From the NCBI GenBank assembly GCA_964473105.1, contig CAYYNQ010000103.1, positions 17,021-81,020 of the forward strand: a stretch of 64,000 nt of DNA. Direction: 5' to 3'. Source of the DNA: an uncultured Candidatus Sumerlaeota bacterium. Lineage in GTDB: Bacteria > Sumerlaeota > Sumerlaeia > MVZB01. The notes beneath the pieces are model-generated. The model saw only the letters and a list, made by a program, of their open reading frames with translations, was not told the origin of the DNA and searched no databases. The position numbers and the translations under genes were made by a program. Of the stretch, positions 10,023-18,906 are shown one piece after another; position 1 is the first letter of the stretch; each line of letters starts with the position of its first letter.

Positions 10023-10814
10023 GTGTGGATGGGTTGTGATAGAAAGGTGCGTTGGCGCGAATATTCGGATCCGAGGACATGGAGCGACAGGGTGAACGCA
10101 CCTCGACCCAGAAAGAAGCAGGGAGCCCTCAAGGGGAGCACGTCCGTCATTGACGGGCAGGGTTCCAGCCCGCTTGCGAAGGATGGGATCCGCATCGATG
10201 ATCCTGAATGGCAGAATGATTTCTATCTGCGCCAGCGGCTAAAACGCGCACGGATTCCCCGTCGGTATGCGTCGAAGACTTTAGGGACATTCGATGGCCG
10301 TAGCAGCCCAATTCTCGGGAACTTGACCAAGGATGCGGAACGATACGCCAAGGGTTTCAACTTTGAGGTGGAGTATCCACGTGGCTTGCTGATGGAGGGA
10401 CCTGTCGGTTGTGGAAAGAGCCACATGGCCATCGCAATTCTGCGTGAGATCATCCGGAAAGGATACAGCGGGCTTTATTATAATTCACCCGATCTGCTGC
10501 GAGATATCCGGGCAACATTTTCAAAGGGAAGCCAGATCACCGAGGATGACCTTCTTGAGGAGGTCACGACGATCGATATGTTGGTGTTCGATGACATGGG
10601 GGCCGAGATGTGCACAAATTTTGTCCTCGACCGATTCTATTTGATTATCAATGAACGTTATACTGACTGTAAGCCAGTGATAATCACAACCAATCTCTCA
10701 CGTGAAGAACTGAAGAACCGGCTGGGTGAGCGTATTTTCAGCCGGATATTTGAGATGTGTACACCATTTGGTCCATTTCCGGAAAAGGACTGGCGGATTG
10801 ATCATATGTACTGA
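10023..10814 (+). CDS. DnaC/IstB-family AAA+ ATPase (helicase-loader-like), no IstA transposase next to it
   Basis: Walker A GPVGCGKSHMA, Walker B MLVFDDMGAE, and a DnaC-like tail (RATFSKGS...IITTNLSREEL...GERIFSRIFEMC). GTG/ATG start near 10023-10029. Confidence 0.75.
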   Translation: MWMGCDRKVRWREYSDPRTWSDRVNAPRPRKKQGALKGSTSVIDGQGSSPLAKDGIRIDDPEWQNDFYLRQRLKRARIPRRYASKTLGTFDGRSSPILGNLTKDAERYAKGFNFEVEYPRGLLMEGPVGCGKSHMAIAILREIIRKGYSGLYYNSPDLLRDIRATFSKGSQITEDDLLEEVTTIDMLVFDDMGAEMCTNFVLDRFYLIINERYTDCKPVIITTNLSREELKNRLGERIFSRIFEMCTPFGPFPEKDWRIDHMY

Positions 10815-10886
10815 ACCATCCATGCGAAGGTTGTGATGTATGGAATAATTCCCGTTCCCTGAAAATTCAGTCCAAGGATCTCGTTT

Positions 10887-11852
10887 GTGTCTGATCCAAA
10901 ATATGCAGTTATAATACCGAACTGGAATGGGGAGGAATTTATCGAGCGTTGCCTAGGTTCGGTGATGTCCGCCGCACATGACTTGGATCGCCTGGGTGGC
11001 GGTCCAATGGAGTGGATTGTCACTGATGATGCAAGCGAAGATTTATCTCCACAGGTTATACAGGAACGTTATCCTGGGGTGCGTCTTGTCAGATTCAAGC
11101 GAAACCGGGGGTTTGCACGTTCGGTCAATATGGCCATGGAGATGTCCCGTGCTGATTGGGTTTTCTTGCTGAACAATGACCTTGTCCTATCGACGGATTG
11201 TCTGTCACGTCTGGACGAGACACGCAGATCCTTCAAGGAATCGACAGAGCTATTTTCCATTGGGGCACAGACACTTGACTGGTCTACCCGCGAAACCAAC
11301 CATGGAGGCCAGAATGCCATATGGCGGGATAGCATGATTGTTCAACAATCATTTCAGTCCGAAGCGGTGGCATCAAGCGATTTCATTCAGGCGGGTGCTT
11401 GTCTCATCAACAGGTTGCGATTCCTCGAACTCGGAGGTTTTTCGCGAATTTATCACCCGGGTTATTGGGAGGATTATGATCTGGCATTTCAGGCGCGTCG
11501 CAGAGGCTGGTTAAACCTATATGAGCCTCGTGCGATTGCCTGGCACCTTGGCCAGGGGTCGATGAGGCGTCTGCTTGGTGATTATGGCCTGTCAATGGTG
11601 CGTAAACGTAACCAGCTTTTGTTCCAGTGGTTGAACATCATGGACCGGAGGATGTTGTTGATTCACCTGTTGAGCCTGCCACCGCTTGTTTTTGCGGGAG
11701 ATCATCGAAAGGGGGAATGCGGATGGGGCCGGGCGCTGCTGGAGGCTCTTCCGCATTTGAGGGCGGTCTTTTCCATTCGCCGGGACAGACGTGGCCAGTC
11801 GGGACAAGTCAGTGAACGAGAACTTCTGCGGCCACCTTCTGGAACAGCCTGA
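10887..11852 (+). CDS. Family 2 glycosyltransferase
   Basis: AVIIPNWNGEEFIERCL...VTDDAS.D (DxD-type motif) and a GT-A fold pattern. Apparent GTG start. Confidence 0.75.
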   Translation: MSDPKYAVIIPNWNGEEFIERCLGSVMSAAHDLDRLGGGPMEWIVTDDASEDLSPQVIQERYPGVRLVRFKRNRGFARSVNMAMEMSRADWVFLLNNDLVLSTDCLSRLDETRRSFKESTELFSIGAQTLDWSTRETNHGGQNAIWRDSMIVQQSFQSEAVASSDFIQAGACLINRLRFLELGGFSRIYHPGYWEDYDLAFQARRRGWLNLYEPRAIAWHLGQGSMRRLLGDYGLSMVRKRNQLLFQWLNIMDRRMLLIHLLSLPPLVFAGDHRKGECGWGRALLEALPHLRAVFSIRRDRRGQSGQVSERELLRPPSGTA

Positions 11853-12110
11853 ACCACAGCGCTGGGTGCATTGCAGCATGAAATCCTGCTTTCGTGTAAA
11901 AATCGATATTATACTGCCCGGACAGATGGATGATGAGACTGGAGATGGCCGCAGGATGGGCTTGTAGCAGGGGTGATGTAGAGGGGGGTGTTGACCATCC
12001 CCGGCGGATGAAGGATATTTGAATCTGGGCCCAATTGATTACAGCCGAAGATTCACGTGACGGGAGTCTATCAGGCTGACATAGACATCATGTGAAGGGT
12101 TGTTTCCTGC

Positions 12111-13586
12111 ATGAGCGGTTTTTTCCTCATTTTCGTGCTGTTTGTCGTTGTTGGGCTGATTCTTATGGTCAGCCATCATCTTCGCCAAATGTCCCGACTC
12201 AAGGAGAAGGTGCAGCAGGCCAACAATGAGAAGGATGCGGTCCTGACACTGATTGACAAGCTCGGCGAGAAGATCACGAGCAAGATTGACCTTGATGAGA
12301 CCTTGGTCATTCTCACGGAATACATCATCCATGCAACTCATGCGGAATCAGGGGCCGTGTTTTTGGTTAACGCGGACAAGAAGACCCTAAATGCATGTGT
12401 TGTGCAGGGCCCGTTTCCGATACTACGTGAGTCGCAGGATTATGTCATGTCCAAGCCGAAGAATTTGACTGAACGGATCAGGAAGGACCCTATCCGGATG
12501 GGTGAGGGCATTGTTGGTCATGTTGCTGAAATTGGGGAGGCTCGCCTGATTACCGATGCCGAGGCTGACCCGCTGGTGCCGCATCATGCCTCATTGTCAA
12601 ATTCATTGCGTTCATTGATGATCTGCCCGCTGCGGGTCAGAGATGAAGTGCTAGGGGTCTTTGCGATCGTAAATAAGACTGATGGCAGTATCTTTGATGA
12701 TCGGGATCTGGATTTACTTCAGGCCCTGAGTGATCAGGCGGCAGTGACGGTTGACTTGGTAAAACTTTACGACGTACTGAACCGCCAGCAGAGGCTTGAG
12801 CATGAACTATCAGTGGCCCATGAATTCCAGAAGATGCTCCTTCCCAATGAATTCCCGGAACTTTCAGAGTATGATATACATGCTTTTAGCGAGGCGGCAA
12901 CCACCGTTGGTGGTGATTTTTTCGATTTTTTCCGCGTAGATGAAGAACATTGGGGCCTGGCTGTTGCCGATGTTGCCGGCAAGGGCATTCCCGGCGCGCT
13001 CATCATGGCGATGACGCGTGCAGTGCTTCGGGCCGAGTCCCGGGACACCCTTTCACCGTCGACTGTTTTGAAAAGGGTTAATGAAAGGGTTCGGGTTGAC
13101 ACAAAAGACAGTGTTTTCATTACACTGACCTATGGTATATTGAACATCCGGACGGCGAGATTGACCTTTGTTCGTGCGGGCCATGAACCCATGGTTGTCA
13201 TGAATGCAAATGAGGGGCGTTTCGAGTTGATCAAGCCTGAGGGAATTGCGTTGGGTCTGGTGTCCGGAGAGTTGTTCAGTTGTATCGAAGAGCACGAGAT
13301 GAGTCTTGGGAAAGGTGATGCTATTCTTCTATACACCGATGGGGTCGTCGAGGCTATGAACCAGAAGAGTGAAGAATATGGTCGCGACCGTCTAATGGCT
13401 CTTTTACGTTCGATGAATTGTGTCACAGCAAAGAATCTGGTTGAGGATGTAATCGAAGACATTCACCAATTCACGCGTGGCATCCCCCAGCATGATGACA
13501 TTACCCTGCTGGCTTTGCGAGTCAGGGATACGGCCGGAATTATGGATCCGGAGAGTTCCGACTGTGGGAATTTAGGAACGTTATGA
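12111..13586 (+). CDS. Membrane-anchored GAF-domain PP2C (SpoIIE/RsbU-type) serine phosphatase
   Basis: N-terminal TM helix and a GAF region (GEGIVGHVAEIGE...LGVFAIVNK). PP2C/SpoIIE motifs GGDFFDF, ADVAGKGIPGAL, LLYTDGVVEA. Confidence 0.85.
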   Translation: MSGFFLIFVLFVVVGLILMVSHHLRQMSRLKEKVQQANNEKDAVLTLIDKLGEKITSKIDLDETLVILTEYIIHATHAESGAVFLVNADKKTLNACVVQGPFPILRESQDYVMSKPKNLTERIRKDPIRMGEGIVGHVAEIGEARLITDAEADPLVPHHASLSNSLRSLMICPLRVRDEVLGVFAIVNKTDGSIFDDRDLDLLQALSDQAAVTVDLVKLYDVLNRQQRLEHELSVAHEFQKMLLPNEFPELSEYDIHAFSEAATTVGGDFFDFFRVDEEHWGLAVADVAGKGIPGALIMAMTRAVLRAESRDTLSPSTVLKRVNERVRVDTKDSVFITLTYGILNIRTARLTFVRAGHEPMVVMNANEGRFELIKPEGIALGLVSGELFSCIEEHEMSLGKGDAILLYTDGVVEAMNQKSEEYGRDRLMALLRSMNCVTAKNLVEDVIEDIHQFTRGIPQHDDITLLALRVRDTAGIMDPESSDCGNLGTL

Positions 13587-13737
13587 GTCTAAAATAATAT
13601 AAACCCCTGTTCGTGGTGTGTTGGAGTGGGACCGGGTCGTTGGCTTGTTGAGTTGCGAGGTCGAATCCGTATACTTACGATGGTGGGTATGTGGCCGTGG
13701 GTTCATTTTCGACGGGAATGTATCGAGTTCGGAGTAG

Positions 13738-14055
13738 GTTCCGCCGGAAGTCGTCTGGATTCGTGTTCCGGATTTTGGGGATGCGTATACGCTTGTTTCA
13801 TTTGAGAAGGCCAGGGATGATCCACTGGAAAGGCGCTACAGCAGGATTATGGTGGATCTCAGCGACCTGCATTGTATCTCCTCGGCCCGGGGGGCCTTGA
13901 TGGTGCTTCTGGAACAGCTCTGGCATCGTGAGGGTGGCTTGATGATCATTCGATTATTGCAGAAGGTCTTAAAGATCCCGGGATCACTCGGGTCTACTGC
14001 GAGATTATCCCTATTTGGCGAAGATCGTGAGAATGCCCCGTTAGCACTGTATTGA
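13738..14055 (+). CDS. STAS-domain protein (anti-sigma-factor antagonist-like), start codon not identifiable
   Basis: STAS-like sequence GDAYTLVSFEK...RRYSRIMVDLSDLHCISSARGALMVLLEQ...GGLMIIRLLQKVLKI. An in-frame TAG lies at 13735. The first canonical start is ATG 13849, which would remove the N-terminal half of the domain. Confidence 0.45.
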   Translation, partial: VPPEVVWIRVPDFGDAYTLVSFEKARDDPLERRYSRIMVDLSDLHCISSARGALMVLLEQLWHREGGLMIIRLLQKVLKIPGSLGSTARLSLFGEDRENAPLALY

Positions 14056-14175
14056 GGTGGTGGGCCTCCCCCCATTGTTATCGCTTTCGTCACTATGGAG
14101 CAGTTCCCAAAGAGACTTGTCCGTTGGGCCGTCGAGTTCAGGATCACGGTTGTGAATGATGTCTGGTGAATTTAT

Positions 14176-15711
14176 ATGAGTGAACATGTCAAAACGGGGA
14201 ATGTCGCGCTTGGCCACGGTGGGAAGCGGGATTCAGGATCATCCTCAGCCAGTCTTGCCAATCTGATTGAAAGACTGGAGATGATCAATCGTATACAGAT
14301 GGACCTGCGTTCTACGCTTAACTATGAAGACATCCATGCGATCATTCTGGCTTCTGTCATTTCCCGATCGGGTTTCAATTTTTCAAGGGCGATACTGGCT
14401 GAGTATGAGGTCGGTCGGGGCGTGTTCAGGGGAATTGCCGCTTTGGGTGCGTCCAGTCGTTTGGAAAATGAGCGTATCCAGACTGAAATTGAGGAAGAGG
14501 CGACGGTTCTGTCCAAGATGGTCGAGGAGTTGAACACGCTCGATCCGGACATCGAGGAAGAGCAACTTTTCCTCAAGAGCATGGAGGATCTTGCCGATCA
14601 TGCGTTCTGGAGAACAACATTCCAAAAGTTCAGTGGTGACAAGAAAATACTGGAAATTATCCGCGACCTGGAGTTGCCGTGTCCTCAGCACCCTGAGCGG
14701 GGGATCAGATCCAGGTCGTTGCTGCTAGATGAAATATTTTCGGGAGATAAAAGCCGGATCCTGAATCGTGATGACCTGATTAAGGCGGAGATGACCATGG
14801 CTTTTGTGGAGTTCATGGATGAACAGAGCATTTGGGCTCCGATCAGGACAAACCGCAATTTGAGGCTGCTACTCGTGACGGACAAGCTCTATCAGGATGA
14901 CCCGATCGGCGGCATGGATGTTTTGCATATCGATTGGTTGGTCGGACAGGTTATCCCCGCTCTTGAGAAAGCCCAGACGTACAACAATATGGAGTCCGCA
15001 TACAAGAGCTTGTGCGAACTAGATCGCATGAAGAGTAATTTTCTTGCAACAGTAAGTCACGAATTACGTACGCCCTTGACAGCAATCAACGGATATATAC
15101 AGCTTTTGATAGGGAACCGGGTGGGTTCGTTTTCCCCGGGCCAGAAGGAGGTGCTTGGGCGGATCCTTTCACAGAGTGATCTGCTGACTGGCAAGGTGAA
15201 CGACCTCATTGAGATAGCCGAGTTGGATTCGGGGAGCACAATGAATATTCCCCTTGAGGAGGCGGACCCACTGAATGCCATAATGACTTCGCTGCCTCGT
15301 GTCGAACAGCGCAGGGCTCATAAGGGCATCACGATTGAACCGATTGTGGAAAGTCCGATTCCCAAGATTCGGTCCAACCAGGAGGCGCTTGAAAAGATAT
15401 TTTTCCATCTCATGGATAATGCCGTCAAGTTCGGTAGAACCAAGGGTCATGTCAGTATCTTATTTGATCAGGTTCAGGATGACCTTCATATTGTTGTTAC
15501 TGATGACGGCATTGGCATGTCAAATGCACATTTGCAGATGATTTTCGATGCGTTTTACCAGGTTGACAACCAACTTGACCGTCATTACGAAGGGATGGGT
15601 GTCGGATTGAGCATCATTAAAAAACAGATCGAAGCTACCGGCGGTCGTGTGGAGGTTGTCAGCGAACTCGGTGAAGGATCTTCATTCACAGTCATTTATC
15701 CACTCGCATGA
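14176..15711 (+). CDS. Cytoplasmic sensor histidine kinase with an N-terminal GAF/PAS-like region
   Basis: H-box FLATVSHELRTPLTAINGY, N-box HLMDNAVKFG, G1 DDGIGM, G2 GMGVGLSII. No TM segments seen and no response regulator in the window. Confidence 0.85.
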   Translation: MSEHVKTGNVALGHGGKRDSGSSSASLANLIERLEMINRIQMDLRSTLNYEDIHAIILASVISRSGFNFSRAILAEYEVGRGVFRGIAALGASSRLENERIQTEIEEEATVLSKMVEELNTLDPDIEEEQLFLKSMEDLADHAFWRTTFQKFSGDKKILEIIRDLELPCPQHPERGIRSRSLLLDEIFSGDKSRILNRDDLIKAEMTMAFVEFMDEQSIWAPIRTNRNLRLLLVTDKLYQDDPIGGMDVLHIDWLVGQVIPALEKAQTYNNMESAYKSLCELDRMKSNFLATVSHELRTPLTAINGYIQLLIGNRVGSFSPGQKEVLGRILSQSDLLTGKVNDLIEIAELDSGSTMNIPLEEADPLNAIMTSLPRVEQRRAHKGITIEPIVESPIPKIRSNQEALEKIFFHLMDNAVKFGRTKGHVSILFDQVQDDLHIVVTDDGIGMSNAHLQMIFDAFYQVDNQLDRHYEGMGVGLSIIKKQIEATGGRVEVVSELGEGSSFTVIYPLA

Positions 15712-16958
15712 CTAGTCCTGTTCTGACAATCAATAGACTTTCCAAAGCCTTTCGTATGCCTCGATCTCGAGTTGGTGATGATCCGCGCCGTATCCGGATT
15801 TCCAGGCGGCATGATTGTTTCCAGGTTCTCAAGGATGTAAGCTTCGATCTGCACCATGGTGAGACTGTGGGGTTGGTCGGGCCGAATGGATCGGGAAAAT
15901 CAACGCTGTTAAAAATCCTGGCCGGCGTGATGACCGCGGATTCCGGATCGTTTCAGGCAACAGGTGGAATTGGAGCCCTGCTTGAGTTGGGAGCGGGTTT
16001 CCATGATGACCTCAATGGCATAGAAAATATCTATCTCAACGGTGCGTTGCTGGGTCTCTCCTTGACCGAGATCGATCGCCTGCTTCCGGAGATCATCGAG
16101 TTCTCCGAACTGGAGCAGTTTATGGACATGCCCGTCAGGCACTATAGTTCCGGCATGACTGCTCGTCTAGGGTTTGCAATTGCCTCGAGGCTCGCGCCGA
16201 AGATTCTTTTGATGGACGAGACGTTCGCGACGGGTGATGCGCGCTTTCAAGCCAAGGCCCTTTCTCACATCGGTCGTTTGAAGGAGCGGGGGCACACCAT
16301 GATCTTGGTCAGCCATAACATGGAGATGATCATGAATCTTGCCGACCGTGTGGTTTGGCTTGACCGCGGACAAATCCGGCAGGTGGGGTTGACTCATGAT
16401 ATCCTTGCCGAATACCGGCGGGTACAGAAGATGAACCTCAATGACACCGACCGGATGCGCAATCTGTTGGGCATCAACTCTCTATTTGACAGTATCCGTG
16501 ATGCTGCTTGCCTTCAAATCCGTGCTGCTGGCTTGAGAACAACCTCCGCCGAGTCGGAAATCACGGGAATTGGCCTCGGACCGGCCGAGATCGAGATGGG
16601 CGGTGACTTATGGTTAGACGTAGATATCGAGTGCCTCCGGGTACCGGATCGAGATGAATACTGGCTTGATAGTGCATGGGTGCGCCAAGATGATCGCATT
16701 TTAGCACAGGGTAGCAGCAGAATTATCGTGGAGACTCAGCCTGGGAAATCCACGCGATGTACCTTACAGTGGAATGATTGGCCGTTGACCGAGGGAGAAT
16801 GGCGGCTTGCCCTCGGGATTCGTTCGGCCGGGAATGGGAAGGGTGCTATTTATGATGACCGAAAGCTGGATGCGGGAAGCGTGTTGGTGGTCACCCCCAA
16901 TCCTTATCTGCTACCGGCAATCATGCCCTTTGGTCATGTGTGGAAATTTGGAGATTGA
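15708..16958 (+). CDS. ABC transporter ATP-binding protein, Wzt/KpsT/TagH-like, with an extra C-terminal ~170 aa domain
   Basis: Walker A GPNGSGKST, signature YSSGMTARLGFA, Walker B ILLMDE. The start overlaps the kinase stop by 4 bp. No Wzm-type permease nearby. Confidence 0.85.
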   Translation: MTSPVLTINRLSKAFRMPRSRVGDDPRRIRISRRHDCFQVLKDVSFDLHHGETVGLVGPNGSGKSTLLKILAGVMTADSGSFQATGGIGALLELGAGFHDDLNGIENIYLNGALLGLSLTEIDRLLPEIIEFSELEQFMDMPVRHYSSGMTARLGFAIASRLAPKILLMDETFATGDARFQAKALSHIGRLKERGHTMILVSHNMEMIMNLADRVVWLDRGQIRQVGLTHDILAEYRRVQKMNLNDTDRMRNLLGINSLFDSIRDAACLQIRAAGLRTTSAESEITGIGLGPAEIEMGGDLWLDVDIECLRVPDRDEYWLDSAWVRQDDRILAQGSSRIIVETQPGKSTRCTLQWNDWPLTEGEWRLALGIRSAGNGKGAIYDDRKLDAGSVLVVTPNPYLLPAIMPFGHVWKFGD

Positions 16959-16982
16959 TACGTTATGTCATGATCCGGCACA

Positions 16983-17393
16983 TCAATCTCCAAGGATATG
17001 GATCACGATGTTTCGTCTGTGTGGGTGGTGACGGTGTTCCCACAGGTATATTCCCTGCCAGGTTCCCAGTGCAAGTTTCCCGCCATCGATCGGGATGGAA
17101 AGTGTCGTGGATGTCAGGGCCGCCTTGATATGGCTTGGCATATCGTCCGGTCCCTCGGAGGTATGTGTGAATTCCGGATCATTATCGGGTACCAGTTGGT
17201 TCAGCCAGTTTTCGAGATCATGACGTGCGCTGGGGTCGGCATTTTCCTGAATTGTCAGGCTTGTTGAGGTGTGCTGGATGAATAGTGTGCACAAACCCTG
17301 CCGAATGTGGGACTTGATAACCGTGTCTTGGATAACGGATGTGATTTCAATCAAGCCCTGTCCCAGTGTCTTGACCGATATATTCTTGATCAT
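16983..17393 (-). CDS. YjbQ/UPF0047 family protein (secondary thiamine-phosphate synthase-like)
   Basis: TSLTIQENADP signature and LALGTWQGIYLWEHR. Start placed at the internal Met (MIKNIS) to avoid overlap with the upstream hydrolase. Confidence 0.75.
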   Translation of the reverse strand: MIKNISVKTLGQGLIEITSVIQDTVIKSHIRQGLCTLFIQHTSTSLTIQENADPSARHDLENWLNQLVPDNDPEFTHTSEGPDDMPSHIKAALTSTTLSIPIDGGKLALGTWQGIYLWEHRHHPHRRNIVIHILGD

Positions 17394-17406
17394 GGCAACC
17401 ACCCCA

Positions 17407-18573
17407 TCAACGATTATCCCCGGGATCCAGCTGTGTAATGAACTTCCGTGCAGATTCATCAACTGCGCCGGTGTTGGATGTATTGCAGAGGATAACGAAG
17501 GACTTTTTGCTACCCGGTAAAAAACCCATAAAGCCACATCCGCCGCCCGTTGCACCATTTATCCAAACACAGTGACCCGGATCTCCGGGAGCGGCGTATA
17601 TGTGCCATCCCAGCGCTGACCAAGTGTGGGTTCCAATTCTTTTGACAGGCTGGTGGGTCATGGCAATGGCGGCCTGAAGTATTGTCGGGTTCGGATTGTC
17701 CGCCAGCCGGTTGGCTTCGATCCACTTCATCATGTCTCGTGTCGATGAGAAGAAGGAACACGCACCCGGAAGAATGGGGTTGTCCCAAGCCGGGACTTGT
17801 CGGAAGGATTTTTGTTGAAGAAGAAGTCTCAATCTCGATTCGTGGCCGGGCATGAGTCTTGTCGTTTGGTCTTCATTAAGATGGATACGTGTATCCCGCA
17901 ATTCAAGTGGCTGACATATGTTCTCGATAACCAAGGACTCAAAGTTCTCTTGTGTATGACGACTCATGGCGATTCCTAGCAGGCCAAATCCGGTATTCGA
18001 GTAGATATACCTCTCTCCCGGCTCGTAAAGGTCGGCCGGTCGGGCTAGATAGGCATAGAGCTTTTCCTTGGTGTAATTTGCGTAGGGGTTTTTCCGTTCA
18101 ACCCGGTTCAGGTTCCAGGGAACTCTTCTGAGGCCTGATGTGTGACTCGCCAGATCGAAAAGCTGTATTCTGCGTGCGGGGGTATCGGGTACTTTGACAT
18201 GGGCGGGAAGGAAGTGGTGTAGCGGTTCATTCTTCCCGATTATTTTATTCGCCAACATGGTTGTGAACAGTGTGGCTGTCATTGACTTGACCATGCCACC
18301 GATTTCAAATAGGTGATCAGGGCCCGGTTTGATCCCGCTGCCTGGGGTCGTCTCGCCATAGCTGAAAAACCGGGTTTCTCCGGATTCATGGACCCCGATG
18401 ACCATGCCGACGACCCTTTTCTTGTGGATGAGTGGCCGAAATATTTCGTCAGGATCGATGGTCGGACAGATTGTAGTTGGTCGAAGGTCCTGGGCATGTG
18501 ATGTATTGAAGACAACCAGGTTCAGGATGGCGTAGATCAGAAATATGTTAAGACTGGTAATTTGCATGTCCAA
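17407..18573 (-). CDS. Beta-lactamase-family serine hydrolase (class C/AmpC-like esterase), secreted
   Basis: Signal peptide, SxxK motif FEIGGMVKSM, a YSN-type motif (YIYSNTGF) and the overall AmpC-like length. Confidence 0.75.
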   Translation of the reverse strand: MDMQITSLNIFLIYAILNLVVFNTSHAQDLRPTTICPTIDPDEIFRPLIHKKRVVGMVIGVHESGETRFFSYGETTPGSGIKPGPDHLFEIGGMVKSMTATLFTTMLANKIIGKNEPLHHFLPAHVKVPDTPARRIQLFDLASHTSGLRRVPWNLNRVERKNPYANYTKEKLYAYLARPADLYEPGERYIYSNTGFGLLGIAMSRHTQENFESLVIENICQPLELRDTRIHLNEDQTTRLMPGHESRLRLLLQQKSFRQVPAWDNPILPGACSFFSSTRDMMKWIEANRLADNPNPTILQAAIAMTHQPVKRIGTHTWSALGWHIYAAPGDPGHCVWINGATGGGCGFMGFLPGSKKSFVILCNTSNTGAVDESARKFITQLDPGDNR

Positions 18574-18906
18574 TCCATCCTATCAAAGTATCCGGCGGAG
18601 GGTCAATGAACGCTGGGATAAATCATGCATGACTGTCGTTGTTGCCGGCCCTGATTCAAATATCATCCATCCTGACAAATAATTCATGTCAAAAAACGAA
18701 CTAGGCATAACCCTATTCTCAATAGGGATGATTGTGATCATCTGTAATGTGACTCAACCGTTTCCAGGCAGGGGAACGGCATGATAATGCACCTGCGGAA
18801 AAATCCTGGTATTGCAATCGGGATGTCCGCGGATTCAGAACCTGTGAATCAGATTGATGGACAGTCTGTCCCACGATGTGTAGAATATCAGACGAGTGTA
18901 ATTGAA

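Noticed and set aside
10023-10814. IS21-type insertion sequence (IstB helper)
   Set aside because: No IstA transposase ORF and no recognisable terminal inverted repeats, so it is not called a mobile element.
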